Shown here: in pieces, positions 10,271 to 22,463 of the stretch
Numbering within the stretch: position 1 is the stretch's first letter
Layout of the letters: each line of letters begins with the position of its first letter
NCBI RefSeq assembly: GCF_001194135.2
Contig: NC_068987.1
Span: 109,014,281 to 109,056,758 of the forward strand
DNA: 42,478 nt
Reading direction: 5' to 3'
Origin: Octopus bimaculoides
Taxonomy: Eukaryota
Notes under the pieces: generated by a model
What the model was told of the DNA's origin: nothing
Database searches by the model: none
Seen by the model: only the letters and a program-made list of their open reading frames with translations
Translations under genes and position numbers: made by a program

Positions 10271-11375
10271 CATGCATGCCTGTGTCTATACATACATACA
10301 TATATAAATAGCTCAGAAGCTATGCTCTTCGTAAATATCCGAGTATACAATTACAATTTGCTTATACGCGCGCGCGCGCACACACACACACACACCGGAC
10401 ACACATCTTTCGCTCTTGTACAGTTAGACAGGCCTACTTAAACACAATAGATACACACAACAAACATATATATNNNNNNNNNNNNNNNNNNNNNNNNNNN
10501 NNNNNNNNNNNNNNNNNNNNNNNNNNNNNNNNNNNNNNNNNNNNNNNNNNNNNNNNNNNNNNNNNNNNNNNNNNNNNNNNNNNNNNNNNNNNNNNNNNNN
10601 NNNNNNNNNNNNNNNNNNNNNNNNNNNNNNNNNNNNNNNNNNNNNNNNNNNNNNNNNNNNNNNNNNNNNNNNNNNNNNNNNNNNNNNNNNNNNNNNNNNN
10701 NNNNNNNNNNNNNNNNNNNNNNNNNNNNNNNNNNNNNNNNNNNNNNNNNNNNNNNNNNNNNNNNNNNNNNNNNNNNNNNNNNNNNNNNNNNNNNNNNNNN
10801 NNNNNNNNNNNNNNNNNNNNNNNNNNNNNNNNNNNNNNNNNNNNNNNNNNNNNNNNNNNNNNNNNNNNNNNNNNNNNNNNNNNNNNNNNNNNNNNNNNNN
10901 NNNNNNNNNNNNNNNNNNNNNNNNNNNNNNNNNNNNNNNNNNNNNNNNNNNNNNNNNNNNNNNNNNNNNNNNNNNNNNNNNNNNNNNNNNNNNNNNNNNN
11001 NNNNNNNNNNNNNNNNNNNNNNNNNNNNNNNNNNNNNNNNNNNNNNNNNNNNNNNNNNNNNNNNNNNNNNNNNNNNNNNNNNNNNNNNNNNNNNNNNNNN
11101 NNNNNNNNNNNNNNNNNNNNNNNNNNNNNNNNNNNNNNNNNNNNNNNNNNNNNNNNNNNNNNNNNNNNNNNNNNNNNNNNNNNNNNNNNNNNNNNNNNNN
11201 NNNNNNNNNNNNNNNNNNNNNNNNNNNNNNNNNNNNNNNNNNNNNNNNNNNNNNNNNNNNNNNNNNNNNNNNNNNNNNNNNNNNNNNTATATATATATAT
11301 ACATATATATGTGTGTGTGCATATGTGTACGTGTGTGAGTCTGTGTGTATGTATGTATGCCTACACATAAGAGAT

Positions 11376-11421
<46 letters not shown>

Positions 11422-11559
11422 TGCGAGCGTTGGTGCGTTTGCGTGTGCAACCGAACTTCTCTAATTTAGGAATATCTCTGGAGGCAAAGTGTCTAAATGG
11501 CGGTGATTTACTTAAAGACATCCGACAGCTAACTAGAGCTCCTGCTATGATGGAGACGG

Positions 11560-11940
11560 GTGGAGGCGGAGGCGGAGGAGAAGAAAGACTAGGAGGAGGA
11601 GGAGGAGGAGAGGAGCTTGCGACGGAGTAGGAGTGAAACAGGGAGACAAGAGGAGAGAATTTATCAGGGAAAAATTGATAGTGAGAGACGAGATTGTGTG
11701 AAAAGGAAATAGCTTAAAGGAAAGTGTTTGAGCGCCGATAGAAAGTCTTAAAAGAGAAAGGGTGTTGTTAATAGAGAGGGAGAGAGAGGGAGAGAGAGAG
11801 AGAGAGAAGTTTGAGAGAGGTTGTGTGAGTGTGAGAGACAGAGAGAGAACTAAGAATTAGGAGTGAGAAAAGCACAATGATGGACCACAGAGTAAGAGAG
11901 AGGGGAACAGAATGAGGAGAGAGCGATATTGAGAGAGGAG

Positions 11941-11973
<33 letters not shown>

Positions 11974-12248
11974 GGGGGGGAAGTAAAGTGAGATCGAGAA
12001 GGGGAAGACAGAGAGAAGTAAAGGAGCGTCTGAAGCCTTAAGGGTTGGGAATGATAGAAGAAAAGACTGTTGTAAAATAAGGTTAAAACAAAAGGAGAGA
12101 AGAGAGAAACAGTGAGAGGTTGAAAGGATACTGTGGGGTATTAAGGGAGGCAGTGAGACATCTTCGAGAAGATGAGAGAGATTGAGGAAAGAAAATTCAG
12201 AGAGAGGGAGAGAGAGAGAGAAACATGTTGAAGGAAAGTAAGAGAGAG

Positions 12249-12285
<37 letters not shown>

Positions 12286-13110
12286 CGTAGAAGGAATGTG
12301 AGCCTTAATGTTTAAGAATAATGGGTAAAAAGAATGTTGTAAAATAAGGTTAAAACAAGAGAGAGAGAGGGGGGGTTGAAAGATATTGTGGGATATTAAG
12401 GGAGGCAGTGAGACATTTTCAAGAAAAAAGATAGAAATTAAGAAAATTTAGAGAAAATGGGAGAGAAGAAGAAAAGAGAGAGACACACAGAAAAAGAAAC
12501 ATGGTGAAGGAATGTAAGAGGGAGAAATGTAAAGATAGAGAGGGAGAGGGAGAGTGAGAGTGAGGGAAAAGAGTAAGTTAGTTTCAATGAAATTCTTTAA
12601 GAAATGACTGGAAGTTTTAAATGGAAAGAGGTTGCTAAAATAGTGAGAGAGAGAGAGAGAGAGTGAGAGAGAAAGCAAGAGGGAGGGGAGAACCGAGATT
12701 GGGAGAGAGATAATAATGGTGAGAAAGAAAGTGACAGAGAGAGAGAAAGAAAGAAAGTAAGGGAGAGTGTAAATGAGAGAGAGAGAGAGAGAGAGAGATT
12801 AAAGAAGAAAGACTAAGAGAAAGAACAACGACGAGGAAGTTAGCGTAGAAAGATAAAAAATTAAATAGTGGAGAGAAATACAGAAAGCTCAAGCTCAAGA
12901 GAGAGAGAGAGAGAGAGGAGAGGGGAGAGGAGATGCGGATCAGAGAGGGAGAGAGGGAGATGGTGACGGGAGAGAGAGTTGTGATAAAAGAGAGAGAGAG
13001 AAAGAGAGAGTGAAGAAAGGGAAGACAGGGCAACCAGTAAAATGGTGGAGTAAAAGTGAGCTGGCTTTAATGAATTAGAAATGGCAATGGAGAGATTTAG
13101 AGAAGAAATG
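11560..13110 (+). repeat. ~1.5-kb polypurine (GA-rich) tract with an internal ~267-bp imperfect tandem duplication (12034-12300 / 12301-~12530)
   Basis: Shared anchors AGCCTTAA, TGTTGTAAAATAAGGTTAAAACAA, TATTAAGGGAGGCAGTGAGACAT, GAAACATG.TGAAGGAA. Confidence 0.85.
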
Positions 13111-13194
13111 GGATTATCTAAAGATTGGGGGTGGGGGATAAGGATATGAAGAAGAGTAAGGTTGTGATATACAGACATCCGTTTATTACAATGT

Positions 13195-13358
13195 AGGCGT
13201 GTGTGTGCGTGTGTGTCTGTGTCTGTGTGTGTACATGTATATCTATGTATGTATGTGTGTGCATATATATGTATATCTATATTACGTATGTATATACCTA
13301 TATTCTTTATATATAGATACGTGTGTGCCTGTTTAATGAATATAGGTATATATATGCG

Positions 13359-13404
<46 letters not shown>

Positions 13405-14061
13405 CAGACATACAGACATAAGTGCATGCATGAATACATACTTACGTGCAATGCATGCATACAAAACACATACGTACCTTGCACATACAGTGTGATAGAA
13501 AAATGGAAGAACAGCAGAAAGTGGAAAACGAAAACTGAGAGAGGTGGGAGGAGAAAGTAAGAGAGAGGCGTCGAGGAAGATAAAAGTGAACAGCAGCGTG
13601 AGTCTATCAAGTGACAGTGAAGTAGAAGAACGTAACAAAGTTGATAATAAAGGACTCAAAGTGATGGTTTTCGACTAGTGACGGGGATGGGGCGGACAGG
13701 GTCAAATAACCGACTAAACGATGCAATAGATGTGAACGTCTCACCAGGGGTCGCTTCCATAGATTGACGTACGTGTTAAGGGTCAACGGAAGGGTGGAAT
13801 GGGTTGGTCTGAGATGGTCTTTGTGTTGGGCCTTTTGTTGTGTGGATGTTGTTTGATAGCTGTGTATGGCTGTGTATGTATGCATGAATATAATATGAAT
13901 GTAAGCGTGTAGGTGTGCATGTATATATGTATGAGGCATACGTGTGTATTTTAATAGATGTATGCGTATGTTAGCCTTTTTGGCGTGAGTTCATTGTTTG
14001 ATTGCTATGATAGTAAGTACGTATGTTTGTATGTATGTGTATGTATATATCTTTATATGTT

Positions 14062-14148
<87 letters not shown>

Positions 14149-14160
14149 GCATGTATATAT
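13195..14160. repeat. (TG)n/(TA)n microsatellite blocks, including a long (TA)n at ~14065-14147
   Basis: Direct reading. Confidence 0.85.
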
Positions 14161-14454
14161 ATGGGAGGGCCTTTTGGAATGTATTTATATACGCATAGGT
14201 ACGTATGTATAGGTTTTTATGTTTGGATGTGTGTTTAATGGTCTCTAGTTGTGTGCCTATAATATATGTGTGCATCGGAAAATATATGTGTGTGTGTTGG
14301 TATTTTATTTAGTGTCCTGTTTGATATTTATACACATGTATACATATATCTGAATGATGGTGTTTGAAAATGATCTTTATATCGAATGTATTTTTCTTGT
14401 ATATAAATGTATAAACATATGTATATCAGCATTTGTGTCTATTGCCTTTTTATT

Positions 14455-15415
14455 CTTTTCTGTTCTAGGCACAAGGCCCGAAATTTTGGGGGAGGGGCCA
14501 GTCGATTAGATCGACCCCACTGGGCAACTGGTACTTAATTTATCGACCCCGAAAAGATGAAAGGCAAAGTCGAACTCGGTGGAATTTGAACTCAGAACAT
14601 AAAGACCGTGAAGCATTTCGCCCGCGTGCTAACGTTTCTTATTTCTTTATTGCCCACAAGGGGCTACACACAGAGGGGACACACAAGGACAGACAAAGGG
14701 ATCAAGTCGATTACATCGACCCCAGTGCGTAACTGGTACTTAATTTATCGACCCTGAAAGAATGAAAGGCAAAGTCGTCCTCGGCGGAATTTGAACTCAG
14801 AACGAAATTTGAAGTCAGACGAAATACCGCTAAGCATTTCGCCCGGCGTGCTAACGTTTCTGCCAGCTCGCCGCCCTAAGTCCATCACAAATATTTATTT
14901 CTTTATTGCCCACAGGGGGCTAAACAGAAAGGAGAAACAAGGACAGACAAAGGGATTAAGTCGATTACATCGACCCCACTGCGTAACTTATACTTATCTA
15001 ATCGAGGTCGACTTTGCCTTTTATCCTTTCGGGAGGAAAGGCCAAGTCTGCCTCAGCGGAATTTGAACTCAGAACGTAACAGCAGAAGAAATACCGCTAA
15101 GCCCTTCATCTGGCGTGCCAACGTTTCTGCCAGCTCGCCGCCCTAAAATGATCAAAAACATTCTTTTCTACTCTAAGCACAAGGTTCGAAAGTTCGGGGA
15201 AGAGGGCCAGTCAATTAGATCAGCCCTACTACGCAACTGGTACTTACTTTATCGACCTCGAACAGATGAATGGCAAAATTCGACCTTGGCGGAATAACCA
15301 TCACAAATATTCTTTTCTACACTAAGCACAAGGCTTGAAATTTTGGGGGAGGGATCCAATTTTTTAGATCGACCCCAATACGCAATCGGTACTTAATTTA
15401 TCGACCCCGAAAGGA
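14455..15415 (-). mobile_element. Head-to-tail array of five family-A SINEs (14455-14639, 14640-14875, 14896-15142, 15163-15294, 15312-15415)
   Basis: Each unit carries all or part of the body AACTGGTACTT..TTTATCGACCCCGAAAGG; two different tails alternate between units (B,A,A,B,B). Confidence 0.92.
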
Positions 15416-16715
15416 ATAACCATCTCAAATATTGAGCCACTTTGCAAGTAACCTCACGCCAGTTCATGACTCTCCGAATAGAATCTTTTTTTTTTTTTTT
15501 TTTTTTTNNNNNNNNNNNNNNNNNNNNNNNNNNNNNNNNNNNNNNNNNNNNNNNNNNNNNNNNNNNNNNNNNNNNNNNNNNNNNNNNNNNNNNNNNNNNN
15601 NNNNNNNNNNNNNNNNNNNNNNNNNNNNNNNNNNNNNNNNNNNNNNNNNNNNNNNNNNNNNNNNNNNNNNNNNNNNNNNNNNNNNNNNNNNNNNNNNNNN
15701 NNNNNNNNNNNNNNNNNNNNNNNNNNNNNNNNNNNNNNNNNNNNNNNNNNNNNNNNNNNNNNNNNNNNNNNNNNNNNNNNNNNNNNNNNNNNNNNNNNNN
15801 NNNNNNNNNNNNNNNNNNNNNNNNNNNNNNNNNNNNNNNNNNNNNNNNNNNNNNNNNNNNNNNNNNNNNNNNNNNNNNNNNNNNNNNNNNNNNNNNNNNN
15901 NNNNNNNNNNNNNNNNNNNNNNNNNNNNNNNNNNNNNNNNNNNNNNNNNNNNNNNNNNNNNNNNNNNNNNNNNNNNNNNNNNNNNNNNNNNNNNNNNNNN
16001 NNNNNNNNNNNNNNNNNNNNNNNNNNNNNNNNNNNNNNNNNNNNNTAGTCTATATCCACTATAAAAATGTTACGATACTAATTCAGTGCTACATCGGGTA
16101 ATTGCATATATGAATCTATATATTTATCCGCACGCACACATACAACCTCTCTCTCTCCACCTCCTCTCTCTCTCTCTCTCTCTCCACCTCCTCTCTCTCT
16201 CTCTCCCTCTCTCTCTCTCTCTTAGAAACACATCTGTATTTGCGCTAGCATGCACGTTTGGCTTAAGTATTGATGTTGTTTTGTTAGAATTCTATTATGT
16301 GTAGAGTCACATAGACTCCGTGTTCATGATTTCATGTACTTATGTATATATTCGTGCATGGGTTTTTTTTATACGCGTACATAAATACATACACACGCGC
16401 ACATACACATACACGTATATATAGAGAGAGAGATTCATGCATATATACATATATATATGTATATATATATATATATNNNNNNNNNNNNNNNNNNNNNNNN
16501 NNNNNNNNNNNNNNNNNNNNNNNNNNNNNNNNNNNNNNNNNNNNNNNNNNNNNNNNNNNNNNNNNNNNNNNNNNNNNNNNNNNNNNNNNNNNNNNNNNNN
16601 NNNNNNNNNNNNNNNNNNNNNNNNNNNNNNNNNNNNNNNNNNNNNNNNNNNNNNNNNNNNNNNNNNNNNNNNNNNNNNNNNNNNNNNNNNNNNNNNNNNN
16701 NNNNNNNNNNNNNNN

Positions 16716-16771
<56 letters not shown>

Positions 16772-17159
16772 GCATATATATATATGAAGAGAGAGAGAGG
16801 GGTAGAGAGAGAGGGATAAGAAGAGACCGACCGACAGACAGAGAGACAAATGTCTGTTTTAATGTTCAGGTATGATAAAAACAATTTTACATTAATCTGA
16901 TGGTGTACTCTATATTTTTATGGAGTATAAAGTTATTCTTATACAGGAATAATAAATATGTGTGTATATGTCTCTGTGTGTGCGCGCGTGTGTGCATATA
17001 ACTAATATGCGCATGCACAAATACATACATAAATATGTAAATGTATATATGTATATGTGTATGTGTGTGTGTGTTAGCGCGCGTGTGTGTGTACGCGCGT
17101 GTGTGTGTGTACGCGCGCGCGTGTGTGTGTGCGTGTATAAGTATATATATTCTTTAATT

Positions 17160-17480
17160 CTTTAAATTGTTTCAGCTTTAAAGCTGCGGCCATTCTGGGG
17201 CACCACCGTTGGCTGCGCTACATCATTACTTGAACCTGCTCTGATATGTGGCATTCGGTGAATGATGAAGTTTGATATTGCCGCCCCTCATCATTGTTTC
17301 CTGCCGTGAGGTAGACTAATATGGAAACCATGACAGGATGAGATCCAATTTTGTTGTAAAGATACCTACATCCACCCCTTTCAAGTCTCTCAGGCAGTTT
17401 GAAAGGATATTGAAGAGCTGTGGGCCCTTGAAACCCAGGCTGTTGCAGTATCTGGTCCATGATCCAGCGTATTACTTCAT
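17160..17480 (-). mobile_element. 3' end of a CR1/L2-group LINE (ORF2 C-terminus + 3'UTR/tail)
   Basis: TRYCNSLGFKGPQLFNILSNCLRDLKGVDVGIFTTKLDLILS resembles the ORF2 C-terminus of CR1-group LINEs. It is followed by GGTGCCCCAGAATGGCCGCAGCTTTAAAGCTGAAAC. The exact clade is uncertain. Confidence 0.75.
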
Positions 17481-18294
17481 TTGCAATATATTATATAAAG
17501 GAGATTTGCTTGCTATTTCTTAGATAGAGCGAACTTGTAGAGTTCCTTGTTAGCTCTAAATGTATGTGTGCAAGAAAGAGAGAGAGAAGACATTTACAAA
17601 TGGTTGCACATGTAACAGGTGCAACGGTTGAAATGAGTGTTAGTGGAAGTAACAGGAAACACTGACACGTGAAGGGTGGCTGTGAGGTGAGGTATGAGCA
17701 ATTCGCAAGAAGTGGCAGGCGAGTGGAGGTGTGAGTAAAGACTTGAGAGGCGACACTTACAACAAGGTGAGGTGTGAGTAGATAGTTGACACTACACTGT
17801 TTAAAGTCAGGTGAACAATGAATAACAAATGATGTTTATATAAACTCAGGATGAGTAATGCAGTGGTATGAGCGGTTGTGTGCATTTGTGTCTGTCTGTG
17901 TGGCTTTCTGTGAGTGTGTGTCTGTGTGTGTAAGAATCAGAACTGATGGCCCTAAGCACAAGCCTTGACAATGCTGCTCCTCTGAATCCTTCTATTGTTA
18001 AACTGACAAGATATTAAGGCATAATAAGTGCTGAATGTGAAATAATAAATTACAAATTCATTTAAACCAGGCCCTAAACGATATTGAATATAACAGCCTG
18101 TTATTTAAATTTGATTAATCCAACACTGAACAGCAGTAAACGTGTAATACGTTGTCAGATAAATTCGTTCGCTTTTTTTTTTTTTTTTGCTTATGGTGGT
18201 GGTAGTGGTGGAGGTCTCATTTTCAATATTTCCGACTTTTTTGAATTAACACGAAAACTATATTATTATCTCGCAAAAATATCCTTTAAAGCAG

Positions 18295-18978
18295 CAGGCA
18301 TGGCTATGTGGTAAGAAGTTTGCTTACCAACCACATGGTTCTGGGTTCAGTTCCACTGCGTGCCACCTTGTGCATGTGTCTTCTACTATAGCCTCGGGTC
18401 GACTAAAGCCTTGTGAGTAGATTTAGCAGAAGGAAACTAAAAGAAGCCCGTCGTATATATTTATGCAAATATCCATGTGTGCCATTGTGTTTGTCCTCTA
18501 CCGCTTGACTCCCAGTGTTGATTTGTTTATATCCCCGTAACTTAGCGGTACGGCAAAAAGTGTTGAAAGAATAACTGCTCAGCATAAAAGTCATAAATAC
18601 TGTGGTCCATTTGTTCGACTCGCTTTACAATTACAAGATTTCGGTTTCGGTCCCATTGAACGGCACCTTGAACAAGCGTCTTCTACTATCGCCCCGGATC
18701 TACCAATGCTTTGTGAGTAAATTTGGTAGACAGAAGCTGTAGTAGTTTCCGATGTATATGTGTATCTTGGTGTTTGCGTTTTTGTGTGGACTCATCACCA
18801 TCGCTTGACAACCGGTGTTTGCTTGTTTATGTCTTCGTGAATAAGCAGTTTGTCAAAAAAATAAAAAGAATCCAGTATTTAAAAATAAGTACTAGAATCA
18901 ATTTTCTCGACCAAATCACTTCTAGTTGTGCCTGGCATGGCCACAATTCCAAAACTGAAACGAGTAAAAAATAAAAGA
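18295..18978 (+). mobile_element. Two diverged family-B SINEs in tandem (18295-18625, 18640-18978)
   Basis: tRNA head GGCATGGCTATGTGGTAAG, CORE-like CACCTTG..CA.GTGTCTTCTACTAT, and 3' halves. Confidence 0.8.
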
Positions 18979-18999
18979 CAATAACTTAATGTGTTCTAT

Positions 19000-19397
19000 T
19001 ATTATTTATTTCAAAAAATTTTGTATCACACCCCTATGATAAAACTTAGGTGGGTTTATTCTTGGAAAATAAGTCATCACCCGTAACCTCAGCCATCCAA
19101 GAACTTTCTAATGATCTTTGCCGTTCTTAATAAGCATATCTTCTTTGGGCTTTTTCAGTCCAATCTTTTGTGTTCACTTCTTGAGCCTCTTTCCCGTCGT
19201 TCCGAAAGCTGCAACAACAATTGGTACGACCTCTCTTTTCCTACAACTCTTTTTCTTTATTCTTATATAAAATGGAGAGGACAGATCAATTCGGTAGCGA
19301 GTCTGTTCCTACTTCTCAGACACCATGATATCTGGTCTGTTACGCTCTGGGACATGATGCGTTTGGAGAGGGAAGTCCCAAAGAAGTTTATTATTAT
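19000..19397 (-). mobile_element. R4/Dong-type endonuclease 3' fragment
   Basis: NNNKLLWDFPLQTHHVPERNRPDIMV..IDLSSPF...EVVPIVVAAFGT...KIIRKFLDG*, then a UTR ending in AAATAAATAATAAT. Confidence 0.82.
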
Positions 19398-19404
19398 TGG
19401 AGGA

Positions 19405-19668
19405 GACCCCCTTCGGTCATGACTGACCATGGGATTGCTCCTAGAAAGTTACCCTCCGAGGCACAAGTCCGGGCAAGGTTGTTTGTGGAAGGCCAGCGGT
19501 CGCCCATGCATAACAGCCTCCCCTCCACACCACTGATGTTATCCAAAGGAAAAGCAAAGTGGCCGATACGGCTTGGCACCTGTGACGTCGCAACTCATTT
19601 CTACAGCTGAGTGAACTGGAGCAACGTGAAATAAAGTGTCTTGCTCAAGAACACAACACGCAACCCTG
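19405..19668 (-). mobile_element. SINE family D (CORE-like body, distinct 3' tail), head missing
   Basis: Minus strand GTGTTCTTGAGCAAGACACTTTATTTCACGTTGCTCCAGTTCACTCAGCTG is shared with 40630-40705, but the tail differs. Confidence 0.7.
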
Positions 19669-20046
19669 CCTTAACAGTGAAATTGCTGTTCTGCCTAAGA
19701 GACATAAACTGTAGACTACAACACCTCTCAGCAGTTAACATACACGCAATAGCTACATCAAAACAGGACATCATATACCTGTATGAGTGATTTCCAATTT
19801 GAATATATTTGCAAGTTTCAAATGATATCATTAACCCTTACATTAACATAATAATATTAACAACAAAATTACAATCGTTGTTGCTGTCGTTAAGAATTTT
19901 CTTGTGTGGATATTTGGGGGTATGTACATGTATACACGTATGTAAGTATATAATTGTGTGTATGAGGAGCGTGTGTGTGTATGCACGTATGTGCATATGC
20001 TTGTACGTTTGTACGTATGTACGTATGTATGTATATAATTGTGTGT

Positions 20047-20277
20047 TATTTCTTTACTACCCACGAGGGGCTACACACAGAGGGGACAAGCAAGGACAGA
20101 CAAAGGGATTAAGTCGATTATATCGAACCTTGTAGGTAACTGGTACTTATTTAATCGACCCCGAAAAGACGAAAGGCAAAGTCGACCTCGGCGGAATTTG
20201 AACTCAGAACGTAGCGGCAGACGAAATACCGCTAAGCATTTCGCCCGGCGTGCTAACGGTTCTGCCAACTCGCCGCC
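20047..20277 (-). mobile_element. SINE family A, full length, tail type A
   Basis: GGCGGCGAGTTGGCAGAACCGTTAGC (A box)...GAGTTCAAATTCC (B box). Confidence 0.92.
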
Positions 20278-20607
20278 TGATGTATATAATTGTGTGTATG
20301 TGTATGTATATATGTCTGGTTGTATGAATGTATGAACGTATGTATGCATTTATGTCTATAATTGCATGTATGTGTGTATATGCGTGTATATGTGTGTGTC
20401 TGTATGTATGCAAGCATGCGTGCATGTTTGTGTACGTATGTATACATGCATGCATGTATATAGTAGTGTGTATCATGATGTGCATTTTAGATGCACCATT
20501 TGCTCCATGGCGAATCTAACATTGAGAATATTTCTGTTCTTCGGTCCTCCATGCCCTTGGTACCATTAATACGTGCTTAGTTTGCTTAATTGTTAATCCA
20601 GATATGG

Positions 20608-20665
<58 letters not shown>

Positions 20666-21284
20666 TGCACAAGCATACATACACAAGCATGCATTCACCA
20701 ATATATATATTTATGGATATATATATATATNNNNNNNNNNNNNNNNNNNNNNNNNNNNNNNNNNNNNNNNNNNNNNNNNNNNNNNNNNNNNNNNNNNNNN
20801 NNNNNNNNNNNNNNNNNNNNNNNNNNNNNNNNNNNNNNNNNNNNNNNNNNNNNNNNNNNNNNNNNNNNNNNNNCGTGTGTGTGTGTGTGTGTGTGTGTGT
20901 GTGGAATTTGGGGTGTATCCGTTTGGTTTCTTCTGTCTCTATGATTATTTGTTTATTTATTCCAATTATATTAGTACGAAATTACATGCGAGAGTTACAC
21001 AACTCGCTGTGTTCCCCTACTCTTTTTCATTCTTTGAATTCTTCTTTTAACAATGAAATACAAACTACTTCACTGGAATTTAAATAACAATTACAGTAAA
21101 GTGTTTCACGCTAAACTTGCATCTTCCCACTCTTTTACTTAGAGATTGAATATGCTTCGTATGTAGTTTGTTTGTCGCTTGCTATTGTCTGGCAACCATA
21201 CAAGTTCAAGAGACTTACTTGGTAATGTTATTAATTGCATTATGTGTAAATTTATATTCTGAGTAAGAAGGAAGTTTGTTGATT

Positions 21285-21344
<60 letters not shown>

Positions 21345-21575
21345 TTAAGTAACAATTTAGATGTGGGCATTTGAGCTTATGTATAAATAAATTTCAACTT
21401 TAAATTGCACGACAAATAACCAGTATTTAAAATGCCAAGTGTTTTCCCGTTCATAATACTGTACCCGTATCATTTGGTGTATATCTGGAGTTTGAGTATG
21501 ACACAAAATACATGCAGAAAATGGAAAAAACAAATGCAATGAGTGACTGTTTATAAAATGTTTAGTTACAGTATA

Positions 21576-21740
21576 GGCGTAGGAGTGGCTGTGTGGTAAA
21601 TAGCTTGCTTACTAACCACACGGTTCCGGGTTCAGTCCCACTGCGTGGCACCTTGGGAAAGTGTCTTGTATTATAGCTCCGGGCCGAGCAAAGCCTTGTG
21701 AATGGATTTGGTTGATGGAAACTGAAAGAAGCCTGTCGTA
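21576..21740 (+). mobile_element. SINE family B, 5' half (tRNA head + CORE domain), followed by (TA)n(TG)n and a gap
   Basis: TGGCTGTGTGGT A box, GGTTCAGTCCC B box, GGCACCTTGGGAAAGTGTCTT CORE-like. Probably the octopus OR2-type CORE-SINE (from memory). Confidence 0.9.
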
Positions 21741-21747
21741 TATATGC

Positions 21748-21801
<54 letters not shown>

Positions 21802-22463
21802 ATGCGTGTGTGTATATGTTTGTGTGTTTATTGTACCCATATATATATATNNNNNNNNNNNNNNNNNNNNNNNNNNNNNNNNNNNNNNNNNNNNNNNNNN
21901 NNNNNNNNNNNNNNNNNNNNNNNNNNNNNNNNNNNNNNNNNNNNNNNNNNNNNNNNNNNNNNNNNNNNNNNNNNNNNNNNNNNNNNNNNNNNNNNNNNNN
22001 NNNNNNNNNNNNNNNNNNNNNNNNNNNNNNNNNNNNNNNNNNNNNNNNNNNNNNNNNNNNNNNNNNNNNNNNNNNNNNNNNNNNNNNNNNNNNNNNNNNN
22101 NNNNNNNNNNNNNNNNNNNNNNNNNNNNNNNNNNNNNNNNNNNNNNNNNNNNNNNNNNNNNNNNNNNNNNNNNNNNNNNNNNNNNNNNNNNNNNNNNNNN
22201 NNNNNNNNNNNNNNNNNNNNNNNNNNNNNNNNNNNNNNNNNNNNNNNNNNNNNNNNNNNNNNNNNNNNNNNNNNNNNNNNNNNNNNNNNNNNNNNNNNNN
22301 NNNNNNNNNNNNNNNNNNNNNNNNNNNNNNNNNNNNNNNNNNNNNNNNNNNNNNNNNNNNNNNNNNNNNNNNNNNNNNNNNNNNNNNNNNNNNNNNNNNN
22401 NNNNNNNNNNNNNNNNNNNNNNNNNNNNNNNNNNNNNNNNNNNNNNNNNNNNNNNNNNNNNNN

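Noticed and set aside
12448-13610. Leu/Ser-rich minus-strand ORFs that look membrane-like
   Set aside because: Translations of the (CT)n strand of the purine tract.
14455-15433. Repeat-spacer periodicity resembling CRISPR
   Set aside because: The long units are tRNA-derived SINEs in eukaryotic DNA; there are no cas genes and no unique spacers.
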